This document shows positions 11,025-20,428 of a stretch of DNA of 48,298 nucleotides, piece after piece (the stretch's first letter is position 1; every line of letters begins with the position of its first letter). Source of the DNA: Candidatus Geocrenenecus huangii (GTDB lineage: Archaea > Thermoproteota > Nitrososphaeria_A > Caldarchaeales > Wolframiiraptoraceae); contig JALNLM010000011.1 of NCBI GenBank assembly GCA_023254095.1, positions 1-48,298 of the forward strand, in the 5' to 3' direction. The notes beneath the pieces were generated by a model. It had not been told where the DNA came from. It did no database searches and saw nothing but the letters and a program-made list of their open reading frames with translations. The translations under genes and the position numbers were made by a program.

Positions 11025-11366
11025 ATGAATCCAGGACCGGCTTCATTTTTTATTATATTCGGGTTAAGCTTAATGTTAGGAATATTAATATTTATCTTAG
11101 GTAAGAGGAGCGTAGTGGTTAACTCAAGACTTGTTCATAATGGTAGTGGAATTATTAAGCTTATGCCATATTCTTGCGGTGAAAACTTTCCATTTGATGT
11201 AAGATCTAGAATAGATCTTGAGAGGTTCATGATATATGCTATTTACTTTCTCGTCCTCGATGTGGCCGCTTTCATCCTAGCTATCTCTTTTAACCTACTT
11301 TCTCTAGCGGTTATAACATACTCAGCATTAATACTCGCTTCAATATCGTTGATGGTAAAAAGGTGA
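11025..11366 (+). CDS. nuoA: NuoA-like membrane subunit
   Basis: 3 TM; KLMPYSCGE loop and YAIYFLVLDV, typical of NuoA. Confidence 0.8.
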   Translation: MNPGPASFFIIFGLSLMLGILIFILGKRSVVVNSRLVHNGSGIIKLMPYSCGENFPFDVRSRIDLERFMIYAIYFLVLDVAAFILAISFNLLSLAVITYSALILASISLMVKR

Positions 11367-11376
11367 ACAATATTCT

Positions 11377-11829
11377 ATGAAGGCAAAACTCGCCGACAAA
11401 ATCCTAAAATGGGCTAGGACGAGGTCTCTATGGGTCACCCACTTTAATACAGGCGGATGTAATGGATGCGATATAGAGCTTGTAGCAATATTTACTCCTA
11501 GATATGATGTTGAAAGGTTCGGTATAATGCTTAAGGGAAGCCCGAGGCATGCTGATGTACTAGCTGTCACAGGTCCAGTTACAAGACAAGTAAGAGATAG
11601 GCTTCTAACAATCTATGAACAGATTCCTGAGCCGAAACATGTCATCGCCATTGGAACATGTGCTGTAAGCGGCGCTCCATTCTGGGATGGATACAACGTA
11701 ATAGGTGGAGTCGACAAGATAGTGCCGATTGACGTATATGTTCCAGGTTGTCCGCCTAGACCTGAAGCAATAATCTATGGATTCAAGAAGCTCATAAAAA
11801 AGATGGAGGCTGAGGAAGATATTGAATGA
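11377..11829 (+). CDS. nuoB: Group 4 hydrogenase small subunit (NuoB-like)
   Basis: GGCNGCDIE (hydrogenase-type CxxC), SPRHAD, IGTCA and YVPGCPPRPE motifs. Confidence 0.92.
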   Translation: MKAKLADKILKWARTRSLWVTHFNTGGCNGCDIELVAIFTPRYDVERFGIMLKGSPRHADVLAVTGPVTRQVRDRLLTIYEQIPEPKHVIAIGTCAVSGAPFWDGYNVIGGVDKIVPIDVYVPGCPPRPEAIIYGFKKLIKKMEAEEDIE

Positions 11830-12322
11830 AGATGAGATTATAACAAGCTTGAAGAACAGGTTTGGAGAGAGAGTCCATAATTCAAAGATTGCTAAACCTA
11901 GAAGAGTGTACGTTGAAGTTGATGCATCTATTATTAGAGAAGCATTATCTTATATGAGGGGTAGCTTAGGCTTCGACCATTTATCAACTATTACAGGACT
12001 TGATTCAGAAGAGAGAATCGAACTCATATACCACATCGTATGCGGGAATTCTATAGTGGTCTCTATGAAAACCAACGTGCTCAAGACAAATCCAAAAATA
12101 GGTTCTATATCTGATATATATGTTACAGCTGAACTCTACGAACGAGAAGTCTACGATCTCCTAGGAGTTAGATTCGAAGAACATCCAAACCTCTCTAGAT
12201 TAATACTTCCAGAAGATTGGCCTGAAAATCTTCACCCATTAAGAAAAGAAGCAACATTAGAGCAGATTAAATCAAGATTAAGTATGAATGGGGATGGGAT
12301 TAATGAGCGGTTCAATGATTAA
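11822..12322 (+). CDS. nuoC: NuoC-like subunit
   Basis: HLSTITGLD, YEREVYDLLGVRFEEHP and WPENLHPLRK motifs. Confidence 0.92.
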   Translation: MNEDEIITSLKNRFGERVHNSKIAKPRRVYVEVDASIIREALSYMRGSLGFDHLSTITGLDSEERIELIYHIVCGNSIVVSMKTNVLKTNPKIGSISDIYVTAELYEREVYDLLGVRFEEHPNLSRLILPEDWPENLHPLRKEATLEQIKSRLSMNGDGINERFND

Positions 12323-13481
12323 GGTTGTAATAGGGCCTCAGCATCCAGCCTTGAAGGAACCTGAAAGATTCATCATCGAAGTTGAGGGGGAGCAGGTCGT
12401 CCAAGTTACTCCTAGGATCGGCTATGTACATAGAGGGATAGAGAAAGCTATGGAGAATAGAACATATATTCAGAATCTCTACTTGGCTGAAAGAATATGC
12501 GGTATCTGTTCTCATGCACATACGACATGCTACGTTCAAGCAGTTGAAGACCTGCTGAGTGTAGAAGCTCCGCCTAGAGCCAAGTATATTAGAACAGTAA
12601 TCGCAGAACTAGAGAGAATACATAGCCACCTTCTCTGGCTTGGGATACTAGCTCATGAAGTAGGATTTGATACATTCTTCATGTACGTGTGGAGAGACAG
12701 AGAGGTAATCATGGATCTACTAGAAGAAATCTCTGGAAATAGAGTTAACTACGCTATGAACACTATTGGAGGAGTTAGAAGAGATCTGGATCAAGAGAAG
12801 ATTTCTAAAATCTTGAGGGGGTTAGAGGTAATAGAAGAGAAAACCAAGAAATATATTCAAATGATCCAGAAAGAACCTACTATTCTTAAGAGGACGGTCG
12901 GGGTAGGATACCTCAGTAGTATAGACGCCGTCAGATATAATGCTGTCGGACCATTAGCTAGAGCAAGCGGAGTAAAAAGGGATGTTAGAAAAGACGATCC
13001 ATACATAGCGTATGATGACATTTCTTTCAATATAGTAACTAGGGATGAGGGGGACTGCTTTAGTAGAATGATGATTAGAGCTGAAGAGATCCTAGAAAGC
13101 ATAAATATTGTAAGAGAGGCATTATCAAAACTCCCAGTTGGAGACATAAGTGTAAAAACTAGATTAGTTATACCTCCCTCTGAGACCGTCTCAAGAGTGG
13201 AGGCACCGAGAGGTGAACTAATACATTATGCTAGATCGAATGGAACCGATAAACCTGAACGCTATAAGATTAGAGCTCCGACTCTAGCAAACCTAAAAGC
13301 TCTATGCAAGATGCTCACTGGGATTTATCTAGCAGATGTACCCGTTATACTTGCAGGAATTGACCCCTGCTTCTCATGCATGGATAGAATGCAGATAATA
13401 GACTGCGAGAAAAAAGAGAAACAGTCTTGGACACTTGATGATCTAAGGAGGTATGCGAGAGAATGGTATCAGAAACACTAA
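12288..13481 (+). CDS. Group 4 [NiFe]-hydrogenase large subunit (NuoD-like)
   Basis: L1 ERICGICSHAH and L2 DPCFSCMDR with all four Cys; GPQHP; EAPRGE; 30-aa C-terminal extension; true start probably 12303 or 12315. Confidence 0.93.
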   Translation: MGMGLMSGSMIKVVIGPQHPALKEPERFIIEVEGEQVVQVTPRIGYVHRGIEKAMENRTYIQNLYLAERICGICSHAHTTCYVQAVEDLLSVEAPPRAKYIRTVIAELERIHSHLLWLGILAHEVGFDTFFMYVWRDREVIMDLLEEISGNRVNYAMNTIGGVRRDLDQEKISKILRGLEVIEEKTKKYIQMIQKEPTILKRTVGVGYLSSIDAVRYNAVGPLARASGVKRDVRKDDPYIAYDDISFNIVTRDEGDCFSRMMIRAEEILESINIVREALSKLPVGDISVKTRLVIPPSETVSRVEAPRGELIHYARSNGTDKPERYKIRAPTLANLKALCKMLTGIYLADVPVILAGIDPCFSCMDRMQIIDCEKKEKQSWTLDDLRRYAREWYQKH

Positions 13482-14425
13482 TTTTCTTAGGGCAGGTTCT
13501 AATCTTCCCTGGATTCTTATTCATAATACTCTTAGCATTCTTTGCTGAGTGGGCTGTAAGAAAGATAACTGGGAGAATACAGAACCGTCTAGGGCCAACC
13601 TACACAGGATACATGGGTATACTTCAGCCTATCGCAGACTTCATCAAGCTTTTAAGAAAAGAGGATATCACGCCAACTATGGCCGACAAAATTTTCTTCT
13701 TAATCTTTCCGATAATGTATTTCTCTCTACCTCTAACAGCCTTCAGCCTTATACCCATGACCGAAGTACAAGCATTAACGTATTTCGAGGGAGATCTAAT
13801 CCTTCTCACATTCATATTCACAATAATTACCGCGATGGTTTTCCTCGGAGGATTCTCCTCAGGCAACATCTTCAGCATAGTAGGAGGGACGAGGTCCGCT
13901 ACCCAGCTACTAGGATACGAGATACCCCTAGTCTTCACTCTGCTCTGCCCTGCAATACCTGCTGGAAGTTTTTCATTAACTACGATAGTTGAGTGGCAGC
14001 AGAATAATAGCTGGATTATCTGGACCCAACCATTGGGTTTCGGGATCATTCTTACATGTATGCTGGCCGAGCTTGAACTAACACCTTTCGATGCCCCAGA
14101 AGCTGAAACAGAGATAGTTGCAGGATCGATTACTGAGTTCAGCGGTGTCAAACTAGCATTGATAAGATTGGGTAAGAACATAAAGTTGGTTCTCGCTTCA
14201 TCTCTGATCTCAGCACTCTATCTAGGTGGACCTGAACAACTCTGGATACTGCCACCGATAATGATATTCCTTATTAAGGTATTCGTAGTCTTATTCTTGA
14301 TGGTGTCTCTTAGAGCGATATTTGCAAGATTTAGAATAGACCAGATACTTGCAGGCATGTGGAAATACTTGATCCCCCTAGCGGTAACCCAGTTCTTACT
14401 CACGAAGATATTATGGGGGTGGTGA
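13463..14425 (+). CDS. nuoH: NuoH/HycD-like membrane subunit
   Basis: RKITGRIQNRLGP, QPIADFIKLLRKE, PFDAPEAETEIVAG and RFRIDQ motifs. Confidence 0.92.
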   Translation: MVSETLIFLGQVLIFPGFLFIILLAFFAEWAVRKITGRIQNRLGPTYTGYMGILQPIADFIKLLRKEDITPTMADKIFFLIFPIMYFSLPLTAFSLIPMTEVQALTYFEGDLILLTFIFTIITAMVFLGGFSSGNIFSIVGGTRSATQLLGYEIPLVFTLLCPAIPAGSFSLTTIVEWQQNNSWIIWTQPLGFGIILTCMLAELELTPFDAPEAETEIVAGSITEFSGVKLALIRLGKNIKLVLASSLISALYLGGPEQLWILPPIMIFLIKVFVVLFLMVSLRAIFARFRIDQILAGMWKYLIPLAVTQFLLTKILWGW

Positions 14426-14802
14426 AAACGCAGTTCGCATTCGAAGCTTTAAAGAGCATCTTCAAGAAACCATCAACCGAAGAATACCCTCATAAGAGAA
14501 GAGAGCCCCCTAAAGATTTCAGAGGAAGACCGGTATGGCTTATCGAGAAATGCGTAGGATGTGGTTTATGTGCTAGAGTCTGCCCCGTAAAAGCAATAAA
14601 GATAATTGGTAGAGGAAAAGAAGTAAACGTAACTTACCTCCTCGATCGTTGCATATTCTGTGCTCAATGTGCTGAATCATGTAATATCAGGGCTATAGCC
14701 ATTGTAGGTGAATTCGAGTTCGCTGGATACGATAAATCTAAGATGAGCTACATATACGATAAGAAGCAGTTAGTAGAAAAGGAAGCGGAGATTGCACGGT
14801 AG
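14422..14802 (+). CDS. nuoI: NuoI-like 2x[4Fe-4S] subunit
   Basis: CVGCGLCARVCP and CIFCAQCAESC; likely GTG start overlapping the nuoH stop (GTGA); track start 14359. Confidence 0.9.
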   Translation: MKTQFAFEALKSIFKKPSTEEYPHKRREPPKDFRGRPVWLIEKCVGCGLCARVCPVKAIKIIGRGKEVNVTYLLDRCIFCAQCAESCNIRAIAIVGEFEFAGYDKSKMSYIYDKKQLVEKEAEIAR

Positions 14803-14822
14803 GAGAGTAGGTAAAGCCTATC

Positions 14823-15953
14823 TCAAGATACCGCTCCATATCTTGCAGCCCACTCCATCATCCTCTTCAAAGACTCCATTCTTATGCTCGGTTTGACTTT
14901 CTTCATAACTTCTAGAAAGTCGTCCATTGTTATCTTTCTCGGCTTGTCGCCTCCACCTCTTTCGAAAAATTCGCTTACAACCTTAAGCTGCACCTCCATG
15001 CATACCTGGGAGATGTCTGCTCCACTGTATCCCTCCGTCAATCTTGCAAGCTCGTTAAAATCTATGCTACTATCCAAGTCAAGCCTTTTAGTATAGTGCT
15101 TAAGCATCCTAAGCCTAGCCTCCATGTCTGGTAATGGTATGTATATCCTCTTCTGGAAACGTCTTATGAACGGTTCATCGAGAAGCCACGGCTTATTCGT
15201 CGCAGCTATCACGTATATTCTAGGAGTTCTACCTTTATCTTGGAGACCATCCATCTCTTTTAAAAGCTGATTCCTTGCTCTAGCTTCTCCTCCAACCTCG
15301 TTCTCTCTAAAAGCAGTTAATGAGTCAACTTCATCTATCAAGATTATGACGGGTTTCCCTTCCCTTTCATATTTTCTAGCTTCCTCAAATAGTGCAGCAA
15401 TGTTTTTCTCCGATTCTCCAAGCCACTTAGACATGATCATTGATGCATCAGCCTGAAGAAAAACAGCATCTATCTCATTGGCAGCAGCAGCTGCAAGCAT
15501 GGTCTTTCCACATCCAGGAGGGCCGAAAAACAGTATTCCACGGGGCCACCCGAGAGGGAAGAATTCCGGTCTTAGAGATGGATATATGATACTTTCTTTG
15601 AGAGCCTTCTTAGCTTCTTCCAATCCTATCACATCATCCCACTTTACAGGTGGAGGGTCTATTATGTGATAGCCTTCATGTTGTTTGCCATTCTTCGTTG
15701 GAGTATAAGCTGATTCCAAGCTCTTCTCAAGTAGAGCTTCAAGCCTTTCTTTATACTGCTTCGCTTTCTCCTCGTAGACTCTTTTCATTACAGGGTCCTC
15801 TGTAAATCTAATCAGTTTCAAGAGAAGCTGGATAGCTTCTTTATAGTTTGCAACCGCCTCCTCCCTCATACCCAGCTTATCATATTTTACAGCTTCACGT
15901 GCACGTTCAGCAGCCAGCTTCTCCAACTCTCTCATGTAAACCCTCAGAAACAT
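14823..15953 (-). CDS. cdvC: Vps4/CdvC-like MIT-domain AAA+ ATPase
   Basis: N-terminal MIT three-helix pattern (AREAVKYDKLG...AVANYKEAI...KAKQYKERLEAL); GPPGCGKT, SKWLGESEK, IDEVD and ATNKPW...RRFQKRIYIPLP motifs. Confidence 0.9.
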   Translation of the reverse strand: MFLRVYMRELEKLAAERAREAVKYDKLGMREEAVANYKEAIQLLLKLIRFTEDPVMKRVYEEKAKQYKERLEALLEKSLESAYTPTKNGKQHEGYHIIDPPPVKWDDVIGLEEAKKALKESIIYPSLRPEFFPLGWPRGILFFGPPGCGKTMLAAAAANEIDAVFLQADASMIMSKWLGESEKNIAALFEEARKYEREGKPVIILIDEVDSLTAFRENEVGGEARARNQLLKEMDGLQDKGRTPRIYVIAATNKPWLLDEPFIRRFQKRIYIPLPDMEARLRMLKHYTKRLDLDSSIDFNELARLTEGYSGADISQVCMEVQLKVVSEFFERGGGDKPRKITMDDFLEVMKKVKPSIRMESLKRMMEWAARYGAVS

Positions 15954-16067
15954 ATAAAAGCTAAATTAAAATCTCTAGCTTAGAAAGCATAAAATTCTAA
16001 TACCGTGATATGTTTATGTAGATACCATCGGATGTTTAGCAGGAGGAACATTTAATTCTGCATAAAA

Positions 16068-17300
16068 ATGTTTAAGGACGGTATAGTTTTAAGAACGACA
16101 TATTTATCCATGTATGGGATGAGCTCCGTCGACCTGAGAGATGCAACCAATAGATTCTTTAGGTCAGACCGAGGATTAGCATGTAAAGTTGTAAAGATAA
16201 TTGAAACATTATGGAAGAGTGTAAGATCTAAAGGCGTTGATGAATTGAAGATCATGAATTTCTGTGGAACACACGAGTGGGCCACAGTCCATTACGGTTT
16301 AAGAACACTCCTGCCAGAAGGTATAGATATTGTAGCGGGACCAGGATGCCCCGTATGTATTACACCATCTTTCTATGTTGAGAACGCTGTCAAGCTCTCC
16401 TTAGAAGGGGTAAGAGTCTACACATATGGAGATGCTTACAAGCTTCCAGCCGTTAGGAAGATAAACGATGCCAGAAGTCTCGCCGAAGCAAGATCCAACG
16501 GTGGTGAAGTTTCGATAGTGTATAGTCTACCCGATGCGATCAGAGATGCTAGGGAGAATACGAAGGAATCAGTATTCTTCGCGATCGGGTTTGAAACAAC
16601 GTATCCAATCTATGCTTCAACAATACTGAAGAAGATGATCCCGGAAGACTTCAGCTTCATTATTGCTGGAAGATTGACTCCGCCGGCGGCAGAATACGCT
16701 GTAGATAAGGTTGGAAGAGTCGATGCGGTAATAGCTCCTGGACATGTATCAGCAATAATTGGTGGAGAAGCTTGGAAGCCTCTATCCGAGAAGTATAGCA
16801 TACCAACTGTAGTATCCGGATTCGAGCCGCTTGACATATTGATATCTATTGCGGAAATCCTAAAACAGAAATATTATGGAAAACCTAGAGTTGTCATAGA
16901 GTATACTAGGGCTGTATCCTGGAATGGTAATAGTGTTGCTAAGAACATGGTTAAGAAGGTATTTGAAGAATGTGATGCGGCATGGAGAGGTATAGGATTT
17001 ATTCCCGGAAGCGGATACAGATTAAGAGACGAATACGCTAGTTTAGATGCATTTCAGAGATATGGAATAAGAGAGCTGGACGAAACTAAATGGAGCTACG
17101 ATCTATCACCTGGATGTAGATGCGGAGAAGTAATAATAGGTAAGATAAAACCAGTAGAATGCCAACTCTTCATGAAAAAATGCACACCGAATTCTCCATA
17201 CGGTCCATGCATGGTATCGTCAGAGGGTGCGTGCTCTATATGGGCTAGATCTTCTCTTCAAGTTATATCCCAATCGAAGAAACTATCCCTTAAACTCTGA
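16068..17300 (+). CDS. hypD: Hydrogenase maturation protein HypD
   Basis: CGTHE, GPGCPVC, GFETT, PGHVS and C-terminal GPCMVSSEGAC motifs; true start probably 16110 or 16119. Confidence 0.96.
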   Translation: MFKDGIVLRTTYLSMYGMSSVDLRDATNRFFRSDRGLACKVVKIIETLWKSVRSKGVDELKIMNFCGTHEWATVHYGLRTLLPEGIDIVAGPGCPVCITPSFYVENAVKLSLEGVRVYTYGDAYKLPAVRKINDARSLAEARSNGGEVSIVYSLPDAIRDARENTKESVFFAIGFETTYPIYASTILKKMIPEDFSFIIAGRLTPPAAEYAVDKVGRVDAVIAPGHVSAIIGGEAWKPLSEKYSIPTVVSGFEPLDILISIAEILKQKYYGKPRVVIEYTRAVSWNGNSVAKNMVKKVFEECDAAWRGIGFIPGSGYRLRDEYASLDAFQRYGIRELDETKWSYDLSPGCRCGEVIIGKIKPVECQLFMKKCTPNSPYGPCMVSSEGACSIWARSSLQVISQSKKLSLKL

Positions 17301-17543
17301 TGAGGCATGAAACCTGCGAGAACATCCTCAACGGCATCATCCGATATGAATAAGTAGATGCTTGGCAAAGTTAGAGACTTTAAAAACCTCTGATGGTCTT
17401 GATAAGAGATTATCCAGGATAGGAAAAGATACCGCTTAAATAAGAGTTAGGCTTAGCCTACTATAAAGAAGCAGGCATCCATTTTCATCTTAATTAGATA
17501 GTTTACTACTATAAACATCTAGATTGGAGATATATCGTGGAAG

Positions 17544-18731
17544 ATGTGGGGTATTCTGGGTATGCAGAACCTGGAGAGATATGAGAGGCAGTTAAGGATA
17601 GAGGGATGGAGACAGGATAAGCTTGCTGAATCAACTGTTATGGTTATTGGGGTTGGAGCTATAGGATGCGAGGTGGCGAAAAATCTTACTTTAATGGGTG
17701 TTGGAAGATTGATAATAGTAGATAATGACGTAGTTGAAGTATCCAACCTCAGTAGACAGATGCTCTTCACAGATGATGATGTAGGTAGACCTAAGACTGT
17801 GGCCGCAAAAGAAAAACTTGTAAAAATGAATCCGCTGGTTATAGTAGACCAATACTATAGTGATGTCAGAGAATTGAGTGAAGATCTTTTCAGGAAAGCC
17901 GAAGTGGTCTGCTCATGTTTAGATAACTGGCCTGTAAGAAGATGGGTTAACTCAATGTGTATTGAGCTAGATAAGCCTTTAGTAGATGTAGCGATGGAGG
18001 GACTTTACTCAAACCTCCAGGTAGTGATTCCCGGCAAAACAGCCTGCTTAGAATGTCATGGAGAAGATCTAATCCCTAGAGAGATACAGCTTGCTGAATG
18101 CACCCTAAGGAGGAGAAAGCCTGAAGACTTGAAGAAAGATCTAGAAGAACAAAAAATACATGTAAGTCTCGATCTAGTTGAAAGACTCTTCGAAGTAGGT
18201 ATAAAGACTATTTTCGATATAAAATACTCTCAAGCACAGATACTTGACAAACTGGATGAAGATGTTAGAATCAAGGTTAGAGAGATACAGGAATCACTTA
18301 AGCCTAAGATGCCTGCTCTCCAAAGTGTCGCTGCCACCATCGCGGGGATAGCAACCACGGAGATTGTAAAGATACTCCATGGAGAATCTCTTGGAAGAAT
18401 ACTTAACGGACTTCTAGTCTACGATGGCTACTCCACTAGATTCACTAAAGTAAAATTAATGAGGAAGATTGAGTGCTTCGCATGCGGAGAACATGTAAAA
18501 ACAGAGGGAGCCGAGATCTCTGTAAGCTTAGATGATAGGGTAATAGATTTAAAGAAGAAGATCGCTGAAAGCTTCGGTTTCCCGGATCCAGAGATACTCT
18601 ACAAGAAATGGAGGCTACAAGATGACCAAACACTGAGAGAAGTAGGAATAAAAGACGGCGATATAACATATGTAGAGACTAGTAGAAGGTTCACTCCTCT
18701 ACCATTAAAGCTAATTCTTAAAACATCATAG
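17544..18731 (+). CDS. Ubiquitin-activating enzyme E1-like protein (ThiF fold, catalytic Cys, C-terminal ubiquitin-fold domain)
   Basis: RYERQ, GVGAIG, DNDVVEVSNLSRQ, Zn motifs CLEC/CFAC, ECT catalytic-type Cys; C-terminal DRVIDLKKKI...LQDDQTLREVGIKDGD resembles ubiquitin; start may be 17562. Confidence 0.9.
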   Translation: MWGILGMQNLERYERQLRIEGWRQDKLAESTVMVIGVGAIGCEVAKNLTLMGVGRLIIVDNDVVEVSNLSRQMLFTDDDVGRPKTVAAKEKLVKMNPLVIVDQYYSDVRELSEDLFRKAEVVCSCLDNWPVRRWVNSMCIELDKPLVDVAMEGLYSNLQVVIPGKTACLECHGEDLIPREIQLAECTLRRRKPEDLKKDLEEQKIHVSLDLVERLFEVGIKTIFDIKYSQAQILDKLDEDVRIKVREIQESLKPKMPALQSVAATIAGIATTEIVKILHGESLGRILNGLLVYDGYSTRFTKVKLMRKIECFACGEHVKTEGAEISVSLDDRVIDLKKKIAESFGFPDPEILYKKWRLQDDQTLREVGIKDGDITYVETSRRFTPLPLKLILKTS

Positions 18732-18806
18732 AATAATTTATTTCTGAAGTAGAAAGAATACATATATACTGATAAACTAGGCCATCTATCTCGGTGGATT
18801 CACATA

Positions 18807-19067
18807 ATGAAGAGGATAAAGATAGGTAAGCCTGTAAGTAAGGGACTCTGGAATCCTTGGGCTATTGAAGAAGTTAAGAAGACCACTCCCCCTCCTCCCA
18901 AGCTTGAGACTAAGCGTATATGTGTAGTGTGTCTTTCAGAGATTAGTGAAGGAGCCCCTGTAATCGAATGTCCTTATTGTGGAGCTATTGGGCATGAAAA
19001 CTGTTTTGAGGATTGGATAACTATGAAGAGTAGATGTCCCTTATGTAGAAGACCGATAACCCTTTAA
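18807..19067 (+). CDS. Small RING finger protein (C4HC3), putative E3 ligase
   Basis: C-x2-C-x12-C-x2-C-x4-H-x2-C-x3-W-x6-C-P-x-C; directly downstream of E1. Confidence 0.88.
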   Translation: MKRIKIGKPVSKGLWNPWAIEEVKKTTPPPPKLETKRICVVCLSEISEGAPVIECPYCGAIGHENCFEDWITMKSRCPLCRRPITL

Positions 19068-19112
19068 TATATTGACCAAACTACGTAGAGAAACAGTACC
19101 TAAACTTGATCA

Positions 19113-19129
19113 TCACCAATATCTTCAGG
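19113..19129 (+). repeat. Left copy of a 17-bp inverted repeat (TCACCAATATCTTCAGG)
   Basis: 16/17 identical to the reverse complement of 20628-20644. Confidence 0.7.
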
Positions 19130-19179
19130 GATACCATTATAAAGAATTAAATTTAATATAGTCTTGATAACATTTTAGG

Positions 19180-19572
19180 GTGGAGAAATTGTCTGGAGAA
19201 TCTAGGAAAGAAGAAAAAAGAATTGAGATAGAGATTATCCCTGAATATCTAGATACTCCTAGTGGGAAGAAGGTCGCAACATTTGATTTCGTCATGGGTG
19301 TTGCCAAGGGTTTAGAAGTCTTAGATGAGGCCGAAGCAAAACTAGAGGAAAGAATAGAAAGAATAGAGAAAGGTGAGTATTTAGCCAAACTTATCGAGAG
19401 GCTTGATAAGTTTGAAGTAAGAATTGCGGCCATTGAGAAAACTCTATCAAATTTGGAGAAGAACATCCAGACTGAGATAGGCGATATTTCAGATAAGGTC
19501 TCAGCATTGATTGATGCTTTTCATGAGCTAACTGAAAAACTACAGAGGATGGAAACTTTTTCTAAGGACTAA
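19180..19572 (+). CDS. Hypothetical protein with a short N-terminal globular segment and a coiled coil
   Basis: Heptad-rich E/K/L/I C-terminal two thirds; TTATAAA upstream at 19137-19143. Confidence 0.75.
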   Translation: MEKLSGESRKEEKRIEIEIIPEYLDTPSGKKVATFDFVMGVAKGLEVLDEAEAKLEERIERIEKGEYLAKLIERLDKFEVRIAAIEKTLSNLEKNIQTEIGDISDKVSALIDAFHELTEKLQRMETFSKD

Positions 19573-20428
19573 GATAAGCTCTTCTTAATTCTCCCAAGAG
19601 CTTCTCAAGCCTAGACCTCTTATCTTCCAGTTCTCTAATCTCGGTCTCGATCCTTCTCTTCCTCTCACTTAAAGTATTTATTTCCGCTCTAAGCTGAGAG
19701 GCCTTCTTTTCTAATTCTGCTGCAGCTTCTTCTTTTTCTCTCAGCTTGGCCAGGGATTCCTTCAACTCAGCCTCTCTCCTTACAAGTCTCTCAAGCCTAA
19801 TTTCTCTAAGCTTAAAATCTCTCACCATCTCTTTAATCATCTCTTCAAGTCTGCTTCTCGCTTCCTCAATGCCCGATAAATATCTCTGAGAAAGCTCAGC
19901 GACCTTCTGTTCAAGTTCTCTCTTCTTCTCCTCTAAAGTATTTATCATCTCTTCCCTCATGCTCAATTCTCTTTCTTTCTTCTCTAATTCTTCTCTCCAT
20001 TTTCTCAACTCTTCCTTCATAGATTCTAGCTCCGTCCTCTCCTTGACCAGCTGCTGGGTTTCCTGCCTAATCATTTCTCTTTCCTTGGTTAATGCTTCAA
20101 CTATATCTTTTATCCCCTCCTGAACTGAGAGCAGCATGTTTTCATAGTATCTAACTATTGTAAGTTCTTCGGAGACCTTTTCAAGTTCTCCTATGAATGG
20201 CGCGATCTTTCCCTCGAAGACTGATGGAAAAGATGAAAGTGTTGACGTTAACGTTATTAGGTTATTCACATTTCTCCCAATATCTTCCAGTGAATCGTTT
20301 AGTCTATCAACTGCCTCCGTAAGCTTCTCAATTATACCTTGCTTGGTACTTGATAGTTCTTGAGAAAACTTTTGCTCTAATTCTTCAAGCCACTTCTCCT
20401 TCTTTGAAGAAGATGAAAATATGCTCAT
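19562..20428 (-). CDS. Long coiled-coil hypothetical protein
   Basis: 288 aa, nearly continuous E/K/R/L heptads; convergent with the previous gene and overlapping it by 11 nt. Confidence 0.8.
   Translation of the reverse strand: MSIFSSSSKKEKWLEELEQKFSQELSSTKQGIIEKLTEAVDRLNDSLEDIGRNVNNLITLTSTLSSFPSVFEGKIAPFIGELEKVSEELTIVRYYENMLLSVQEGIKDIVEALTKEREMIRQETQQLVKERTELESMKEELRKWREELEKKERELSMREEMINTLEEKKRELEQKVAELSQRYLSGIEEARSRLEEMIKEMVRDFKLREIRLERLVRREAELKESLAKLREKEEAAAELEKKASQLRAEINTLSERKRRIETEIRELEDKRSRLEKLLGELRRAYLSP

Noticed and set aside
11025-14802. Calling the cluster NADH:quinone oxidoreductase (complex I)
   Set aside because: All four Ni-binding Cys are present, the small subunit has CxxC, and there is no NuoEFG
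15954-16118. hypC upstream of hypD
   Set aside because: The gap is too short and lacks an MCLA(I/V)P-type start
17301-17543. A hidden ubiquitin or E2 gene upstream of E1
   Set aside because: The frames I translated by hand gave only short ORFs with no ubiquitin-like pattern or GG end; only a short palindrome TAGGCT-T-AGCCTA (17448-17460) is present
18513-18731. The C-terminal ubiquitin-like domain of E1 as a fused, conjugatable ubiquitin
   Set aside because: There is no di-glycine at or near the C-terminus; it fits an E2-recruiting ubiquitin-fold domain better
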